NCBI GenBank assembly: GCA_023441055.1
Contig: JAEZQY010000017.1
Span: 31,088 to 95,087, forward strand
Source: Bacillota bacterium
GTDB lineage: Bacteria > Bacillota > Bacilli > Paenibacillales > UBA4045
Direction: 5' to 3'
DNA: 64,000 nucleotides
Made by a program: the position numbers and the translations under genes. The first letter of the stretch is position 1. Each line of letters begins with the position of its first letter. Under the pieces are notes generated by a model. That model was not told the DNA's origin, made no database searches, and saw only the letters and a program-made list of their open reading frames with translations. This document shows positions 16,921 to 26,965 of this stretch, piece by piece.

Positions 16921-18020
16921 GAAACCGTTTATTGTTCCTTGTAGCGCTTATAGTAGGGTTGCTGCAAATCGCAGGTTGCTCTGGCGGCAAGCAGCTGAAT
17001 CGAATTTCATTCATCACGGCGATTGGAATCGATAAGGCGGAGTCCGGTGTCATGGTTCACGCATTGATTACCATACCCGGGAAGTTTACGGCGCTCAGCC
17101 CCGGAGGCGGAGGGGCTATGGACCAGCGCCCTAATTATGTACTAAGCGCGACTGGAGCGAATGTCGAGGAAGCTTTATATAAGATGAGGCGGCAATCCTC
17201 ACGGGGATTGAACGTGGGACATACCCGATTGATCTTCTTCTCTCATGAGCTGGCCGAGGATGGGATTGACTCCTATCTCGATCTCTTCATGCGCAGGGAG
17301 CAATTCCAGATCAATCCCTGGGTAGCCATAACGAAGGGGAGCACCAAGGACGTCCTGCTAGCGAAGCCGCATATTCCGCAATCGGTGACCGATTACTTCG
17401 TCGATGTCTTCTCACAGGAAGGGGCGGATACGATGGATGTACTGCCGATTTATCTGTTTCAATTCTATAGTTACTTGCATGAGCCTGGCAAGACACCATA
17501 CGCGATGATCATCAGCAAGCGCAAGGATGGCAATCAGCTCGCGCTGACCGGTCTTAGTCTGTTCCGCGCAGGGAAGATGATCGATTCACTTACCCCTAAG
17601 GAAACGAAATACCTGCAGCTCATTAGCAACAGACACTTACAATATGCGTCACTGACGCTTATGAAACAGAGCTACACTATACTCAGTTACAATACACGAA
17701 CGAAGGTTACCAAAGAAAACATCCAACTCGACCTCCATCTTAGAGTCGAATTGGATGATAATCCCCAGAACACGACAATATCTTACAGGAATTTGCCGCC
17801 GCTAGAAACGAAGCTGGCTAAGTTGGTTAAACAGAACACGGAGAAATTAATAAGGCGTCTGCAAGCGTTAAAAACAGACCCCGTCGGCTTCGGTCAGAAG
17901 TATCGATTATCCGTCGATGATGACCTGAAGGCAGACGATTGGAGTGAAATCATCTTCCCCGGAATGGCGATTTCGGTGACCGTCAAGGTCGACATCGTTC
18001 GCAGAGGCATGCTCAATTAA
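16917..18020 (+). CDS. Ger(x)C family spore germination lipoprotein
   Basis: ORF trimmed to MRNRLLFLVALIVGLLQIAGCSGG (lipobox). ATGA overlap with the B subunit. Confidence 0.85.
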   Translation: MRNRLLFLVALIVGLLQIAGCSGGKQLNRISFITAIGIDKAESGVMVHALITIPGKFTALSPGGGGAMDQRPNYVLSATGANVEEALYKMRRQSSRGLNVGHTRLIFFSHELAEDGIDSYLDLFMRREQFQINPWVAITKGSTKDVLLAKPHIPQSVTDYFVDVFSQEGADTMDVLPIYLFQFYSYLHEPGKTPYAMIISKRKDGNQLALTGLSLFRAGKMIDSLTPKETKYLQLISNRHLQYASLTLMKQSYTILSYNTRTKVTKENIQLDLHLRVELDDNPQNTTISYRNLPPLETKLAKLVKQNTEKLIRRLQALKTDPVGFGQKYRLSVDDDLKADDWSEIIFPGMAISVTVKVDIVRRGMLN

Positions 18021-18023
18021 GCA

Positions 18024-18404
18024 TTACGTGCTATAGGTATCAGCATAGCGCTCCGCCGTCCATAATTGGTTCAGCTCGGACTCGTCGCTTAGTTCAACTA
18101 CGATCATCCAGCCATCGCCGTACGGTGATGCATTCACCTGCTCTGGCGCATCCGTAAGAGCGCTGTTGATCGCGACAACCTTGCCGCTGACAGGCGCGTA
18201 CAGCTCCGAAACCGTCTTAACCGATTCTACGCTGCCGAATGGATCGCCGCACGCAAGAGTTGCCCCCACTTCAGGCAGCTCCACGAACACAATGTCACCA
18301 AGCTCCGCCTGCGCGAAGTCGGTCATGCCGATCGTCACACGATTACCTTCCACCCTTGCCCATTCATGCTCTTCACTGTACTTCAACTCTACGGGTACCA
18401 GCAT
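18024..18404 (-). CDS. gcvH: Glycine cleavage system H protein
   Basis: 126 aa. YSEEHEWAR and lipoyl-lysine motif [14 protein letters not shown]. Confidence 0.9.
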   Translation of the reverse strand: MLVPVELKYSEEHEWARVEGNRVTIGMTDFAQAELGDIVFVELPEVGATLACGDPFGSVESVKTVSELYAPVSGKVVAINSALTDAPEQVNASPYGDGWMIVVELSDESELNQLWTAERYADTYST

Positions 18405-18421
18405 ACGACTTCAACCTCCGA

Positions 18422-18883
18422 TTATGTGTTTGAATTGGCGACATCTAGCAACCGTCTAAGGCGCTGATTCACCGTATGCAAGCCGCGTTCTCCCGCTTGG
18501 TAATAACGCAGCTCCAACTGACTGTCGAATACATAATAGGCCGGCACGAACGAATTATCGAACGCTCGGCTCAAGCTTAACTGCTCATCTAGGATGATCG
18601 GATGCTCCAGTTCATATTCAGCGGCTGTTGCTTGGGCATTCGCGTTATGATCGACCGATGTTCTGGGCGCATGCACACCGATGATCTGCAGGCCATACTG
18701 CTGCCCATAGACGAGTCTCCAATGGTTTACGATCGGAAACTCTTCCTTGCATAGATGGCAGCTCACGGCCCAGAAGTGTACAAGGACAGGCGCGCCCAGC
18801 AGCTCTTCCCTGCTCATCGATCCATTCACCCACTGCGACACTTGATCGAATGCGGGCAGCTTGTCCCTTAGGCGCAAAGTCAT
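18422..18883 (-). CDS. Thioredoxin-like / redoxin (TlpA-type) protein
   Basis: 153 aa with VLVHFWAVSCHLCKEEFP (CxxC). Lies 18 nt upstream of gcvH. Confidence 0.7.
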   Translation of the reverse strand: MTLRLRDKLPAFDQVSQWVNGSMSREELLGAPVLVHFWAVSCHLCKEEFPIVNHWRLVYGQQYGLQIIGVHAPRTSVDHNANAQATAAEYELEHPIILDEQLSLSRAFDNSFVPAYYVFDSQLELRYYQAGERGLHTVNQRLRRLLDVANSNT

Positions 18884-18907
18884 CTCTACTCATTCCCTTC
18901 CTCTATT

Positions 18908-18948
18908 AGAACAAATCCCTGTTGTCAGCGCAAGCTGACAGCAGGGAT
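18908..18948 (-). terminator. Stem-loop terminator after leuB
   Basis: ATCCCTGCTGTCAGC-ttgc-GCTGACAACAGGGAT followed by TTTGTTCT on the minus strand. Confidence 0.55.
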
Positions 18949-18966
18949 AATTAGGAGTATCTGCGA

Positions 18967-20052
18967 TTACTGTTTCATTGCTTGTACGATCAGATCTCCC
19001 ATAGCGGTTGTTCCGATCGCCTTACTCTTGTCCACTGCGATATCGCCTGTGCGGTGACCAGCATCCAGTACGTCCTTAACAGCAGCTTCGATCGATGCCG
19101 CTGCATCCTCATATCCGAATGTCAGACGGAACATCAGCGCTACAGAGAGAATCGTAGCAATCGGATTGGAGATCCCTTGTCCCGCAATGTCAGGAGCGGA
19201 GCCATGAACAGGCTCGTACAGCCCGAAGCTGCCTTCACCTAGCGAAGCGGAGGACAGCATGCCGATCGAGCCGGTCAACATGGCCGCTTCGTCGCTGAGG
19301 ATATCGCCGAACATATTCTCAGTCACGATGACATCGAAGCTCGATGGACGGCGCAGCAATTGCATCGCGCAGTTATCCACCAGGACATGCTCCACTTCAA
19401 CATCCGGATACTCAGGCGCAAGGCGATTGACGACTTCACGCCATAGACGGGAGGTCTCCAGCACATTCGCCTTATCGACCGAGGCCAGCTTCTTGCTGCG
19501 CTTCTGCGCGATCTCGAACGCTTGACGCACAATGCGCTCCACTTCATTCACATTATATACGCAAGTATCTACCGCTTCCTGTACACCATCTGCATTATCA
19601 CGGCGGAACTTATCGCCGAAGTAGATCCCGCCTGTCAGCTCGCGAACGACGATCAGATCCGTGCCTTCCAGCACTTCAGGCTTCAGTGTCGAAGCATCCT
19701 TCAAGCAATCGAACACAGTTGCCGGGCGAATGTTGGAGAACAGCCCCAGCGCTTTGCGAATACCTAGCAAGCCCGTCTCTGGACGCAGCTCCTTCGGATT
19801 ATTATCCCACTTCGGTCCGCCTACAGCGCCCAGCAGCACCGCGTCAGCGCTCTTGCACAGCTGCAGCGTCTCTTCTGGCAGCGGAGTCCCTTTCTCGTCG
19901 ATCGCAATTCCACCGAACAAGCCATGCGCTGTCTCGAATTTGTACCCGAACAGCTCCTCCGTGCGCTTTAGTACCTTCTCTGCCTCCGCAACCACTTCAG
20001 GACCTATTCCGTCCCCTGCGATCACGGCAATCTTCTTTACTTCTGCCATCAT
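18967..20052 (-). CDS. leuB: 3-isopropylmalate dehydrogenase
   Basis: [23 protein letters not shown]-like [25 protein letters not shown], and [10 protein letters not shown]. Start ATG 20052 follows GGGAG. Confidence 0.9.
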   Translation of the reverse strand: MMAEVKKIAVIAGDGIGPEVVAEAEKVLKRTEELFGYKFETAHGLFGGIAIDEKGTPLPEETLQLCKSADAVLLGAVGGPKWDNNPKELRPETGLLGIRKALGLFSNIRPATVFDCLKDASTLKPEVLEGTDLIVVRELTGGIYFGDKFRRDNADGVQEAVDTCVYNVNEVERIVRQAFEIAQKRSKKLASVDKANVLETSRLWREVVNRLAPEYPDVEVEHVLVDNCAMQLLRRPSSFDVIVTENMFGDILSDEAAMLTGSIGMLSSASLGEGSFGLYEPVHGSAPDIAGQGISNPIATILSVALMFRLTFGYEDAAASIEAAVKDVLDAGHRTGDIAVDKSKAIGTTAMGDLIVQAMKQ

Positions 20053-20203
20053 ATTCACTCCCTAGTAGGTTTACATGCTTCAAATTACGACTATATCATA
20101 CTTAACATATTTACTTCATAAAAACAAAGATATTAATTCTATGCCTTTATAGATTTAACCTATAAGCTATATAATAATCAATAAACATGCACACTAGCAT
20201 TTC

Positions 20204-21445
20204 TTACGATTTCACCCAAGCATTCGTATCGTAACCGCGAACCTCCCAATACCCCAAGTGTCCGCCCTCTATCAATTCAATTCGATTCAGCCACTTCACC
20301 GATTTATAAGCATACATGCTAGGTACCACTAATCGCGCAGGACCTCCTAGATCGCTAGGTATCGGCTTGCCGTCATGCAGCAGCACAACCATTACATCTT
20401 CCATATTCGCCTGCTCCAGTGTCAACGAATCCGTGTATACGCCATCTCCTGAGTAAAATAATACCGTCCTGGCCTCCGCCTTTACCCCCGCCAATTGGAG
20501 GAGCTTCTTCAACGGAATGCCCTCCCATGTATTCTGATACACGGACCACCCCGTTACGCAATGGAAATCGCTCACTTGAACGGTGCGCTGCAACGCGACA
20601 AACTCCTCCCAGCTCCAATGGAAGGACTGATCGACCAACCCATCAATCGTGAATGACCAATTCTCATTCGTGAACGAAGGAATGGGCGTTACTGTGTATA
20701 CGCGGAACGTGCCCTCTGCCCCGCCGCCAATTGGAGGTGAGGACGCAGGCAGCGGCAATGGTGAGGGCACGAGACGATTCGCATCTCGCTCTATCATTGC
20801 TTCTAGCGCCGCACTTCCTGCTGGACCGCTGAACACACCGCTGAGCCATCTAAGGAAGGACGGGGCGAATATGACCAGCAGAACTGCCCCAATCGCTCCG
20901 CGAATAAACGCGCGACGCGTATAGATCGGCTGCGGGCCTGCAGGATGAATGGCCGGTGCTGCGCGGCCGCTTGTAATCGTCCGTCTAGCGGGCTCCTTCA
21001 GCCACTTCACTCGCGTGATTGCATGGTAGATGATATAGGGCAAGCCAAACCAAGTTAACATGTCATGCACCAGCAAGGCTCCATTCGAGATACGCGGTCC
21101 AACTGTTTTAAATTGCCACAGCAGTACGCCTGACACGAACCAACCAAGCAATAGGCCGAGCACTACGAGCACATTAAATTGCTGCCATGGCTTCGCTTTC
21201 AATTGTTTCCAGTGCTTGGTCGCCAGCAGCAGATAATAGAGCACTGGCACAATTGAAGCAAGGCCGACCGTAATATGGATCCATTTTAACCAGACTCGTC
21301 CTTCCCCCAGCACGCCCCGCCAGAACCCAACGATTAAAATCAAGCCTGTTATAGCAAGTATCGCCACGATCCAGCCGTTCCATGTATGCAACAGCGACAG
21401 CTTCTTCCCGTAAGCCTTGCGAACTCGAGCTAACCACCGTTTCAT
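20204..21445 (-). CDS. Membrane-anchored molybdopterin-dependent oxidoreductase (sulfite-oxidase/MsrP-like domain fused to a multi-TM His-containing domain)
   Basis: N-terminal ~200 aa with 4-5 TM and conserved His residues. C-terminal FHCVTGWSVYQNTWEGIPL ... GGPARLVVPSMYAYKSVKWLNRIEL is typical of the oxidoreductase molybdopterin-binding fold. Confidence 0.75.
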   Translation of the reverse strand: MKRWLARVRKAYGKKLSLLHTWNGWIVAILAITGLILIVGFWRGVLGEGRVWLKWIHITVGLASIVPVLYYLLLATKHWKQLKAKPWQQFNVLVVLGLLLGWFVSGVLLWQFKTVGPRISNGALLVHDMLTWFGLPYIIYHAITRVKWLKEPARRTITSGRAAPAIHPAGPQPIYTRRAFIRGAIGAVLLVIFAPSFLRWLSGVFSGPAGSAALEAMIERDANRLVPSPLPLPASSPPIGGGAEGTFRVYTVTPIPSFTNENWSFTIDGLVDQSFHWSWEEFVALQRTVQVSDFHCVTGWSVYQNTWEGIPLKKLLQLAGVKAEARTVLFYSGDGVYTDSLTLEQANMEDVMVVLLHDGKPIPSDLGGPARLVVPSMYAYKSVKWLNRIELIEGGHLGYWEVRGYDTNAWVKS

Positions 21446-21535
21446 TCGCTCACCGCCCCTGAACTTAGCTATGCACACAAAGGTCGCCCGCCAGGTTGAG
21501 TAACCTGTGAGCGACCTCTAATGGATATCGGATGA

Positions 21536-22066
21536 TTATGCTTGTACTGCTTGCACTTCAATGTTCAGCTTGATCTCATCGCCGACTAGCACGCCGCCTG
21601 TCTCGAGCGCAGCATTCCAAGTCAGACCATAATCACTCCGCTTGATTGCGCCGCTGCCGCTGAAGCCAACCTTCTGATTGCCCCATGGGTCCTTGCCGCT
21701 GCCTTCGTAGGTTAACGTGAAGGTTTCGGACTTCGTCACACCGCGCAGCGTTACATCGCCTGTTACCGCATATTCATCGTCGCCAGTCTTCGCAATGCTC
21801 TTCGATTCGAAAACGATTTGCGGGTGGTTCTCCACATCGAAGAAGTCAGCAGACTTCAAGTGACCGTCGCGATCATCATTGTTCGTATCGACGCTTGACG
21901 CATCAATAACGACACGGATGTTAGCGGATGTCAGATCCTCAGGATCTGCCTCTACTTGCGCTTCGAATGCATTGAACGAACCTCTAACCTTCGCGAACAT
22001 CATATGTCTAACCGTGAAGTCAATCCCGCTGTGTGTTGCATCAATTGCCCAGTTTGACTTAGCCAT
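21536..22066 (-). CDS. YceI family protein
   Basis: ORF trimmed to MAKSNWAIDATHSGIDFTVRHMMFAKVRGSF (RBS GGAGGAA). The longer track start lies inside the promoter. Confidence 0.85.
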   Translation of the reverse strand: MAKSNWAIDATHSGIDFTVRHMMFAKVRGSFNAFEAQVEADPEDLTSANIRVVIDASSVDTNNDDRDGHLKSADFFDVENHPQIVFESKSIAKTGDDEYAVTGDVTLRGVTKSETFTLTYEGSGKDPWGNQKVGFSGSGAIKRSDYGLTWNAALETGGVLVGDEIKLNIEVQAVQA

Positions 22067-22129
22067 TGTAAAATTCCTCCTCAATATTAACTTACTTAAA
22101 TTAATGTACTTACTTTTCTGTATAGACCT

Positions 22130-22158
22130 ACTATAATACAGCATTAAGCGATTGTCAA
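22130..22158 (-). promoter_or_regulatory. Sigma-A-like promoter for the YceI gene
   Basis: Minus strand TTGACA (22158-22153), 17-nt spacer, TATAGT (22135-22130). Confidence 0.5.
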
Positions 22159-22258
22159 TACTTTCTTGTAAATTTTATTGCAGCTTTATTCAAGCTTTAT
22201 AACACGTAGAGGCCTCCGCGCGAGCGAAAGCCTCTACTTGCATCGTAACTATTCCTGA

Positions 22259-23164
22259 TTACTTCCATTCCGATGGTAAGCTGTCATGCCAGACCGCCAA
22301 GGCCTTGGCCGCACTGGCCGATACGGCAGCGCCAGATCGAGTCGCGGTCGAGAATGGGATCCCTTGCAAATTCACAAGATACTTAGCTGTCGAAGTAAAT
22401 CCATTCGAGAGCAAGGCATCCAAACAAACTAACTCTCTGTGCAGACGCGCCGCCTCCTGCAAATCCTCAGACGTTCTGCGCATCACATGCTCGAACAGCC
22501 GAATATTGAGATTGGCCTTGGCTGTCGAGGTAATGGCCATTATTCCATTGGCACCTGCCTCTATCGCCTGTAGGAGATACGGGGTGTTCGCCTGCAATAT
22601 GAGTGAGTCGGGCGCTGCTTGTATCTTCGCAGTAATCCCTTCCATCGTACAGGTCGTGTCCTTTAGTCCATATACGCCATGCTGATTCGCCAATCGATCA
22701 TAGACATCAGCCGGGATCAAATGAGGTGCAACACCTGGATATTCATACAGAAGAATCGGCAATGGAGAAGCTTCCACCATCTCGGCGAAGTACGCATATA
22801 GACGCTGCGGATCTGTTCCGTAGCCATTCGGCGGGATAAGAACGATTGCGGAAACCCCGGTTTCTGCCATTCGAAGCATCTCTTCCTTATGCTTTAGCGG
22901 ATCGCTGCCCGCATTGCCTGTTGCAACAACGAGGACTTGACCAGCTCCAGCAACTGCCTTGGCTGCTAGCAGCACACGCTCATCCGCTGTCAGATGCAGC
23001 AGCTCGCTGCTGCCGCACGCGGCGAATAACGCTTGCGGCGAATGGGAGAGCTGCCAATCCACATAGCGTTCATAAGCCGAATAATCGATTTCTCCCGATG
23101 ATTGGTAGGGTGTAAGCAATAAGGAATAGACGCCTTTGGGAAGTGTATGCTGGTTGTATGCCAT
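22259..23164 (-). CDS. Dihydrodipicolinate synthase family (DapA/NanA-like) lyase
   Basis: ORF trimmed to MAYNQHTLPKGVYSLLLTPY (RBS GGAGG). DHDPS-family layout, with GLKDTT containing the Schiff-base Lys context. Confidence 0.75.
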   Translation of the reverse strand: MAYNQHTLPKGVYSLLLTPYQSSGEIDYSAYERYVDWQLSHSPQALFAACGSSELLHLTADERVLLAAKAVAGAGQVLVVATGNAGSDPLKHKEEMLRMAETGVSAIVLIPPNGYGTDPQRLYAYFAEMVEASPLPILLYEYPGVAPHLIPADVYDRLANQHGVYGLKDTTCTMEGITAKIQAAPDSLILQANTPYLLQAIEAGANGIMAITSTAKANLNIRLFEHVMRRTSEDLQEAARLHRELVCLDALLSNGFTSTAKYLVNLQGIPFSTATRSGAAVSASAAKALAVWHDSLPSEWK

Positions 23165-23223
23165 ATTCACATGAGCCTCCAATGATAGAGGGCTGTCCCC
23201 AAGTGACAGCCCTCCTGCAATTC

Positions 23224-24093
23224 TTAACCTTTGACCGCACCCAGCATTGCGCCGTGCACGAAGTACTTCTGCATGAATGGATAGACGAGCAGTACGGGAA
23301 GAATGGCAATCCATACAACCGCGTACTTCACATTCAGTGCCATTACCGTTGTTCCCTCGGTCGAGCCCGACTCTATGGCTTGAGTCGCAATCTCACCTTG
23401 AATGACAATATTCCGAACCATGATCTGCAAGGGATACATGCTCTTCTCATTCAGATAGATGAGTGCCGGGAAGAAGCTGTTCCAATGCGCGACTGTGTAG
23501 AATATGAAGATCGTTGCAATGACGGGCAAAGAAAGCGGCAAGACGATTTGAAGCAATGTACGCAGCTCGCCTGCGCCGTCTATAAGTGCCGACTCATGCA
23601 GCTCATCCGGTATATTTTCAAAGAAAGTCCGCATGAGAATCAAGTTAAATACACTAATTGCTGTGGGCAATACAATTGCCCAGATCGTATTGACGAGTCC
23701 AAGGCCATTCACGACGATGTACCTCGGAATAATGCCGCCATCGAAGAACATAGTGAAGATCACGAAGAATGCAATAATAGATCTCCCATACAGAAATCTT
23801 CGAGATAGCGGATACGCACAGAGAATCGTCATCGTCAAATTGATCAACACACCAAGAGAGGTGTACATGATGGTGTTCGAATAGGATCGCCAAATGTACG
23901 GATCGTCGAAGACGATTTTGTAGGCATCCAGTGAGAACCCCACTGGGAAGAACACGACATCGCCTCTCTGCACGGCAAGACCTGAACTAACCGACACAAT
24001 GGCCATGTAGTATAAGGGGTACGAGACGATGACTAGCAGCAAGACCATAAAAAGAATATTGGCATAATCGAATATTCCCATTTTTCGTTTCAT
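23224..24093 (-). CDS. Carbohydrate ABC transporter permease
   Basis: 289 aa with the EAA-type loop ESALIDGAGELRTLLQIVLP. Confidence 0.85.
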   Translation of the reverse strand: MKRKMGIFDYANILFMVLLLVIVSYPLYYMAIVSVSSGLAVQRGDVVFFPVGFSLDAYKIVFDDPYIWRSYSNTIMYTSLGVLINLTMTILCAYPLSRRFLYGRSIIAFFVIFTMFFDGGIIPRYIVVNGLGLVNTIWAIVLPTAISVFNLILMRTFFENIPDELHESALIDGAGELRTLLQIVLPLSLPVIATIFIFYTVAHWNSFFPALIYLNEKSMYPLQIMVRNIVIQGEIATQAIESGSTEGTTVMALNVKYAVVWIAILPVLLVYPFMQKYFVHGAMLGAVKG

Positions 24094-24110
24094 CGTAGTC
24101 TACCTCCCCA

Positions 24111-25079
24111 CTAGAACAGCCTTGTGCCGTTAAATTTTTTGGATGCCTGATTGGCGAGTACGATCAAAATCAGCGAGATGACGGACTGGAATATCCCGAC
24201 TGCAGCTGCAAAGCTCATGTCCGCATCAATAAGCCCTCTTCGATACACATACGTCTGGATCACGTCTGCTGTCACATAGGTTGGTCCGCTGTAGAGCAAC
24301 AGGATCTTCTCGAAGCCGACAGACAGCATATGACCAATATTGAGAAGCAGCATAATGGTCACGACCGTAGAGATCCCAGGCAGCGTAATGTGCCAGATCT
24401 TCTTCCAGCGATTCGCGCCGTCGATTGTTGCGGCTTCATACAGTCCTGGATCAATGCCTGTAAGTGCAGCCAGGTAGATGATCGATCCCCAGCCTACTCC
24501 TTGCCAGATTTCAGATCCAATATAGATCGTTCTGAACCACTCTGAGAGTCCAAGGAACGTTTGGGCCTCCCCTCCGAAGAACACCACCAACTGGTTGATC
24601 AATCCGGAGACGGAGAGGAAATTGACCAGCATTCCTGCCACCACAACGGTGGACAGGAAATGCGGAATATAAGAAATCGTCTGAACAAACCTTCTAAATT
24701 TGTCGCTTATTAATTCATTCAAGAGTATTGCAAAGATGATCGGAGCCGGGAAATAGAAGATCATCGAATAGAGATTCATGATGAGCGTATTCTTCACAAC
24801 GTTCCAAAAATAAGGCTCCGTCAAAAATTGCTTGAAGAACTTAAAGCCTACCCAATCACTTCCGAATATTCCCTTCCGAATCGAGTAATTCTGGAAGGCC
24901 ATCATATTGCCCAGCATAGGTGCATACTGGAAGATGATGAAGTAGAGAATCGGTAACGCAAGCATGGCATATAGGATCAAGCTCTTGCGAATTTGCTTAC
25001 GCACATGGTGTCCCTTGCTAGTCTTAGAGGCTGCGCTATGCAAACTGACTTGATTTACTGAGGATGCCATTTTAGCCAT
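24111..25079 (-). CDS. Sugar ABC transporter permease (LplB-like)
   Basis: 322 aa with EAATIDGANRWKKIWHITLP. Confidence 0.85.
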   Translation of the reverse strand: MAKMASSVNQVSLHSAASKTSKGHHVRKQIRKSLILYAMLALPILYFIIFQYAPMLGNMMAFQNYSIRKGIFGSDWVGFKFFKQFLTEPYFWNVVKNTLIMNLYSMIFYFPAPIIFAILLNELISDKFRRFVQTISYIPHFLSTVVVAGMLVNFLSVSGLINQLVVFFGGEAQTFLGLSEWFRTIYIGSEIWQGVGWGSIIYLAALTGIDPGLYEAATIDGANRWKKIWHITLPGISTVVTIMLLLNIGHMLSVGFEKILLLYSGPTYVTADVIQTYVYRRGLIDADMSFAAAVGIFQSVISLILIVLANQASKKFNGTRLF

Positions 25080-26751
25080 TCGCTCTCGCTAGTGCTGTAT
25101 TGTAGATTTCAACAATACGCTCAGCACCATACTTACTGCACTGCTCCAGGAACGCATCCCAATCCTTGTCTAGCGCATCCTTTGTCATGATGAACTTGTC
25201 CATATTCTGTGCCATATAAGCATCCAATTGCGTACGTAGCTGCTTCAGTTCTTCGCGTTCAGCATCCGTGAAGGAAGGGTCATAAGCCATTCTGAATGCC
25301 GTACCTTGCTCGATGAACTCGTAGTTCTTCGCAGTCCATTCCTGTCCAAGCTCAGGCTGAATCAGCGCATCGAAGGAAGCATCATTATAGAGGGACAGAC
25401 CCAGATAGCCTGTGCCGAGCTCGCTTTCTCTTGCATATTGTGGACTTGGCGCATCATTGAACTTGTTCAAGAAATCCATATTGGCCTTAAATTCGCCATT
25501 CTCGAGTGTGTAATGCTCGCCTTCAATCCCCCATGATGTTACAGCAGCACCCTCTTCGGAATACAGCCAATCCATGAAGGCAAGTATGCGCTCAGGATTT
25601 TTCACATCCGCACTGATCACATAAGACTCCTGCAGGTGATCCAGCTGATACAATTGCGCACGCTTCACACCATTGCCGCTAGCGCCTTCAAGCATCCCCA
25701 GCATATCGAATTTCGCTCCTGGCGTAATCGCTTGGAGAGCATTGTTAAAGTTGAGGCCAAAGCCGGTATTGTCTTGATAGTAGAAGGACTTGCCGGAGCT
25801 CAGCTTTTCTTGCCAAATTTGCGAGGTAGCCGTTGCATAATCCGGATCAAGAATCTTCTCTTGATACAGCTTGTTCAGCCAAGCAACTGCATCCTTGAAG
25901 TTTTGCGAATATGGTCCGAATTCATACTGATTCGTATGCGGATCATAGTATACCTTGGCACCAGTCATATTCGTGTAGCCGCTGCCAAATCCGAATGCGA
26001 TTGGATTGATGAGGTTTTCAGTTCCTGTCAAACCATTCGCAGCGCGGCTAGTGAACGGGAAGGAATCTGGGTACAGACTCTTAAGCTCCTTAAGCACTTC
26101 GTACAAACCTTCATAAGTAGTCGGCGCTTCGATATTATGCTTCTCGAGCAGATCCGCCCGGATAACAGGCACTTGACCAGATTGAGAAGCCCCGAGCTTC
26201 TGAACGAGCGGGAAGCCGTACAGCTTGCCATCGATTTTATTCTTATTAATTTCAGTACGTTCAGCCAGTACCTTGCTGAAGTTCGGCATTTGATCCAGAT
26301 AAGGAGTAATATCTAGGAATATGCCGGAATCTGCGAAGTTGGAGATATCATCCTGGGATACCAGCATCATCTCCGGCACGTTATTCGTGCTGATTAATGT
26401 TTTCTTCTTATCATCATAGTTGCTTTGCGGAACACTCTGCAGATCAATCGTAACACCCGTCAGCTTCTCGATATGACCGAGAATAACCGAATCATCACGA
26501 AGCGTCTGGCTCGGATGCTCATATCTCATCCAAGTGAGCTTGATTGGCTCCAGACCTGCATCCTCTGAGCCGCTCGCATTAGAAGCTGAATTACTCGAAC
26601 CGCCTGAACCACCTGAGCTGCTGCTTGAACTTGAGCTGCTTGAGCTGCTCGAGCCGCTGTTATTCGCGTTGTTGCCACCGCAGCCTGTGATGACCATGAC
26701 CAGAACAAGTGAACATACCAGCATGACCCAACTTAATCTTCTCTTCTTCAT
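25072..26751 (-). CDS. Large extracellular solute-binding lipoprotein (LplA-like)
   Basis: 559 aa. Lipobox VITGCGG followed by a poly-Ser/Gly linker. Confidence 0.85.
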   Translation of the reverse strand: MKKRRLSWVMLVCSLVLVMVITGCGGNNANNSGSSSSSSSSSSSSSGGSGGSSNSASNASGSEDAGLEPIKLTWMRYEHPSQTLRDDSVILGHIEKLTGVTIDLQSVPQSNYDDKKKTLISTNNVPEMMLVSQDDISNFADSGIFLDITPYLDQMPNFSKVLAERTEINKNKIDGKLYGFPLVQKLGASQSGQVPVIRADLLEKHNIEAPTTYEGLYEVLKELKSLYPDSFPFTSRAANGLTGTENLINPIAFGFGSGYTNMTGAKVYYDPHTNQYEFGPYSQNFKDAVAWLNKLYQEKILDPDYATATSQIWQEKLSSGKSFYYQDNTGFGLNFNNALQAITPGAKFDMLGMLEGASGNGVKRAQLYQLDHLQESYVISADVKNPERILAFMDWLYSEEGAAVTSWGIEGEHYTLENGEFKANMDFLNKFNDAPSPQYARESELGTGYLGLSLYNDASFDALIQPELGQEWTAKNYEFIEQGTAFRMAYDPSFTDAEREELKQLRTQLDAYMAQNMDKFIMTKDALDKDWDAFLEQCSKYGAERIVEIYNTALARANG

Positions 26752-26965
26752 TGTTAACCTCCGCTTTTTTGGTATTTTTGAATCCAGTTCATAACTAGCC
26801 GCATGGGCCTTTATGAAATCGATTCAGTTGTCTTGCATGATCAGTGTAGCGCGGAGCACAGTCAACAAAAAAGAACCAATAAGGAGCATGATGCACCACT
26901 ATCGGTCCATTAACTTAATGATTCAATTTTCCACCTGACCAAAATTCCACTTGATTCACCTAGCG

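Noticed and set aside
22067-22144. The longer YceI start (MLYYSRSIQKSKYINLSKL...).
   Set aside because: The extension overlaps a TTGACA-17-TATAGT promoter. The conserved YceI sequence starts at MAKSNW, behind a GGAGGA RBS.
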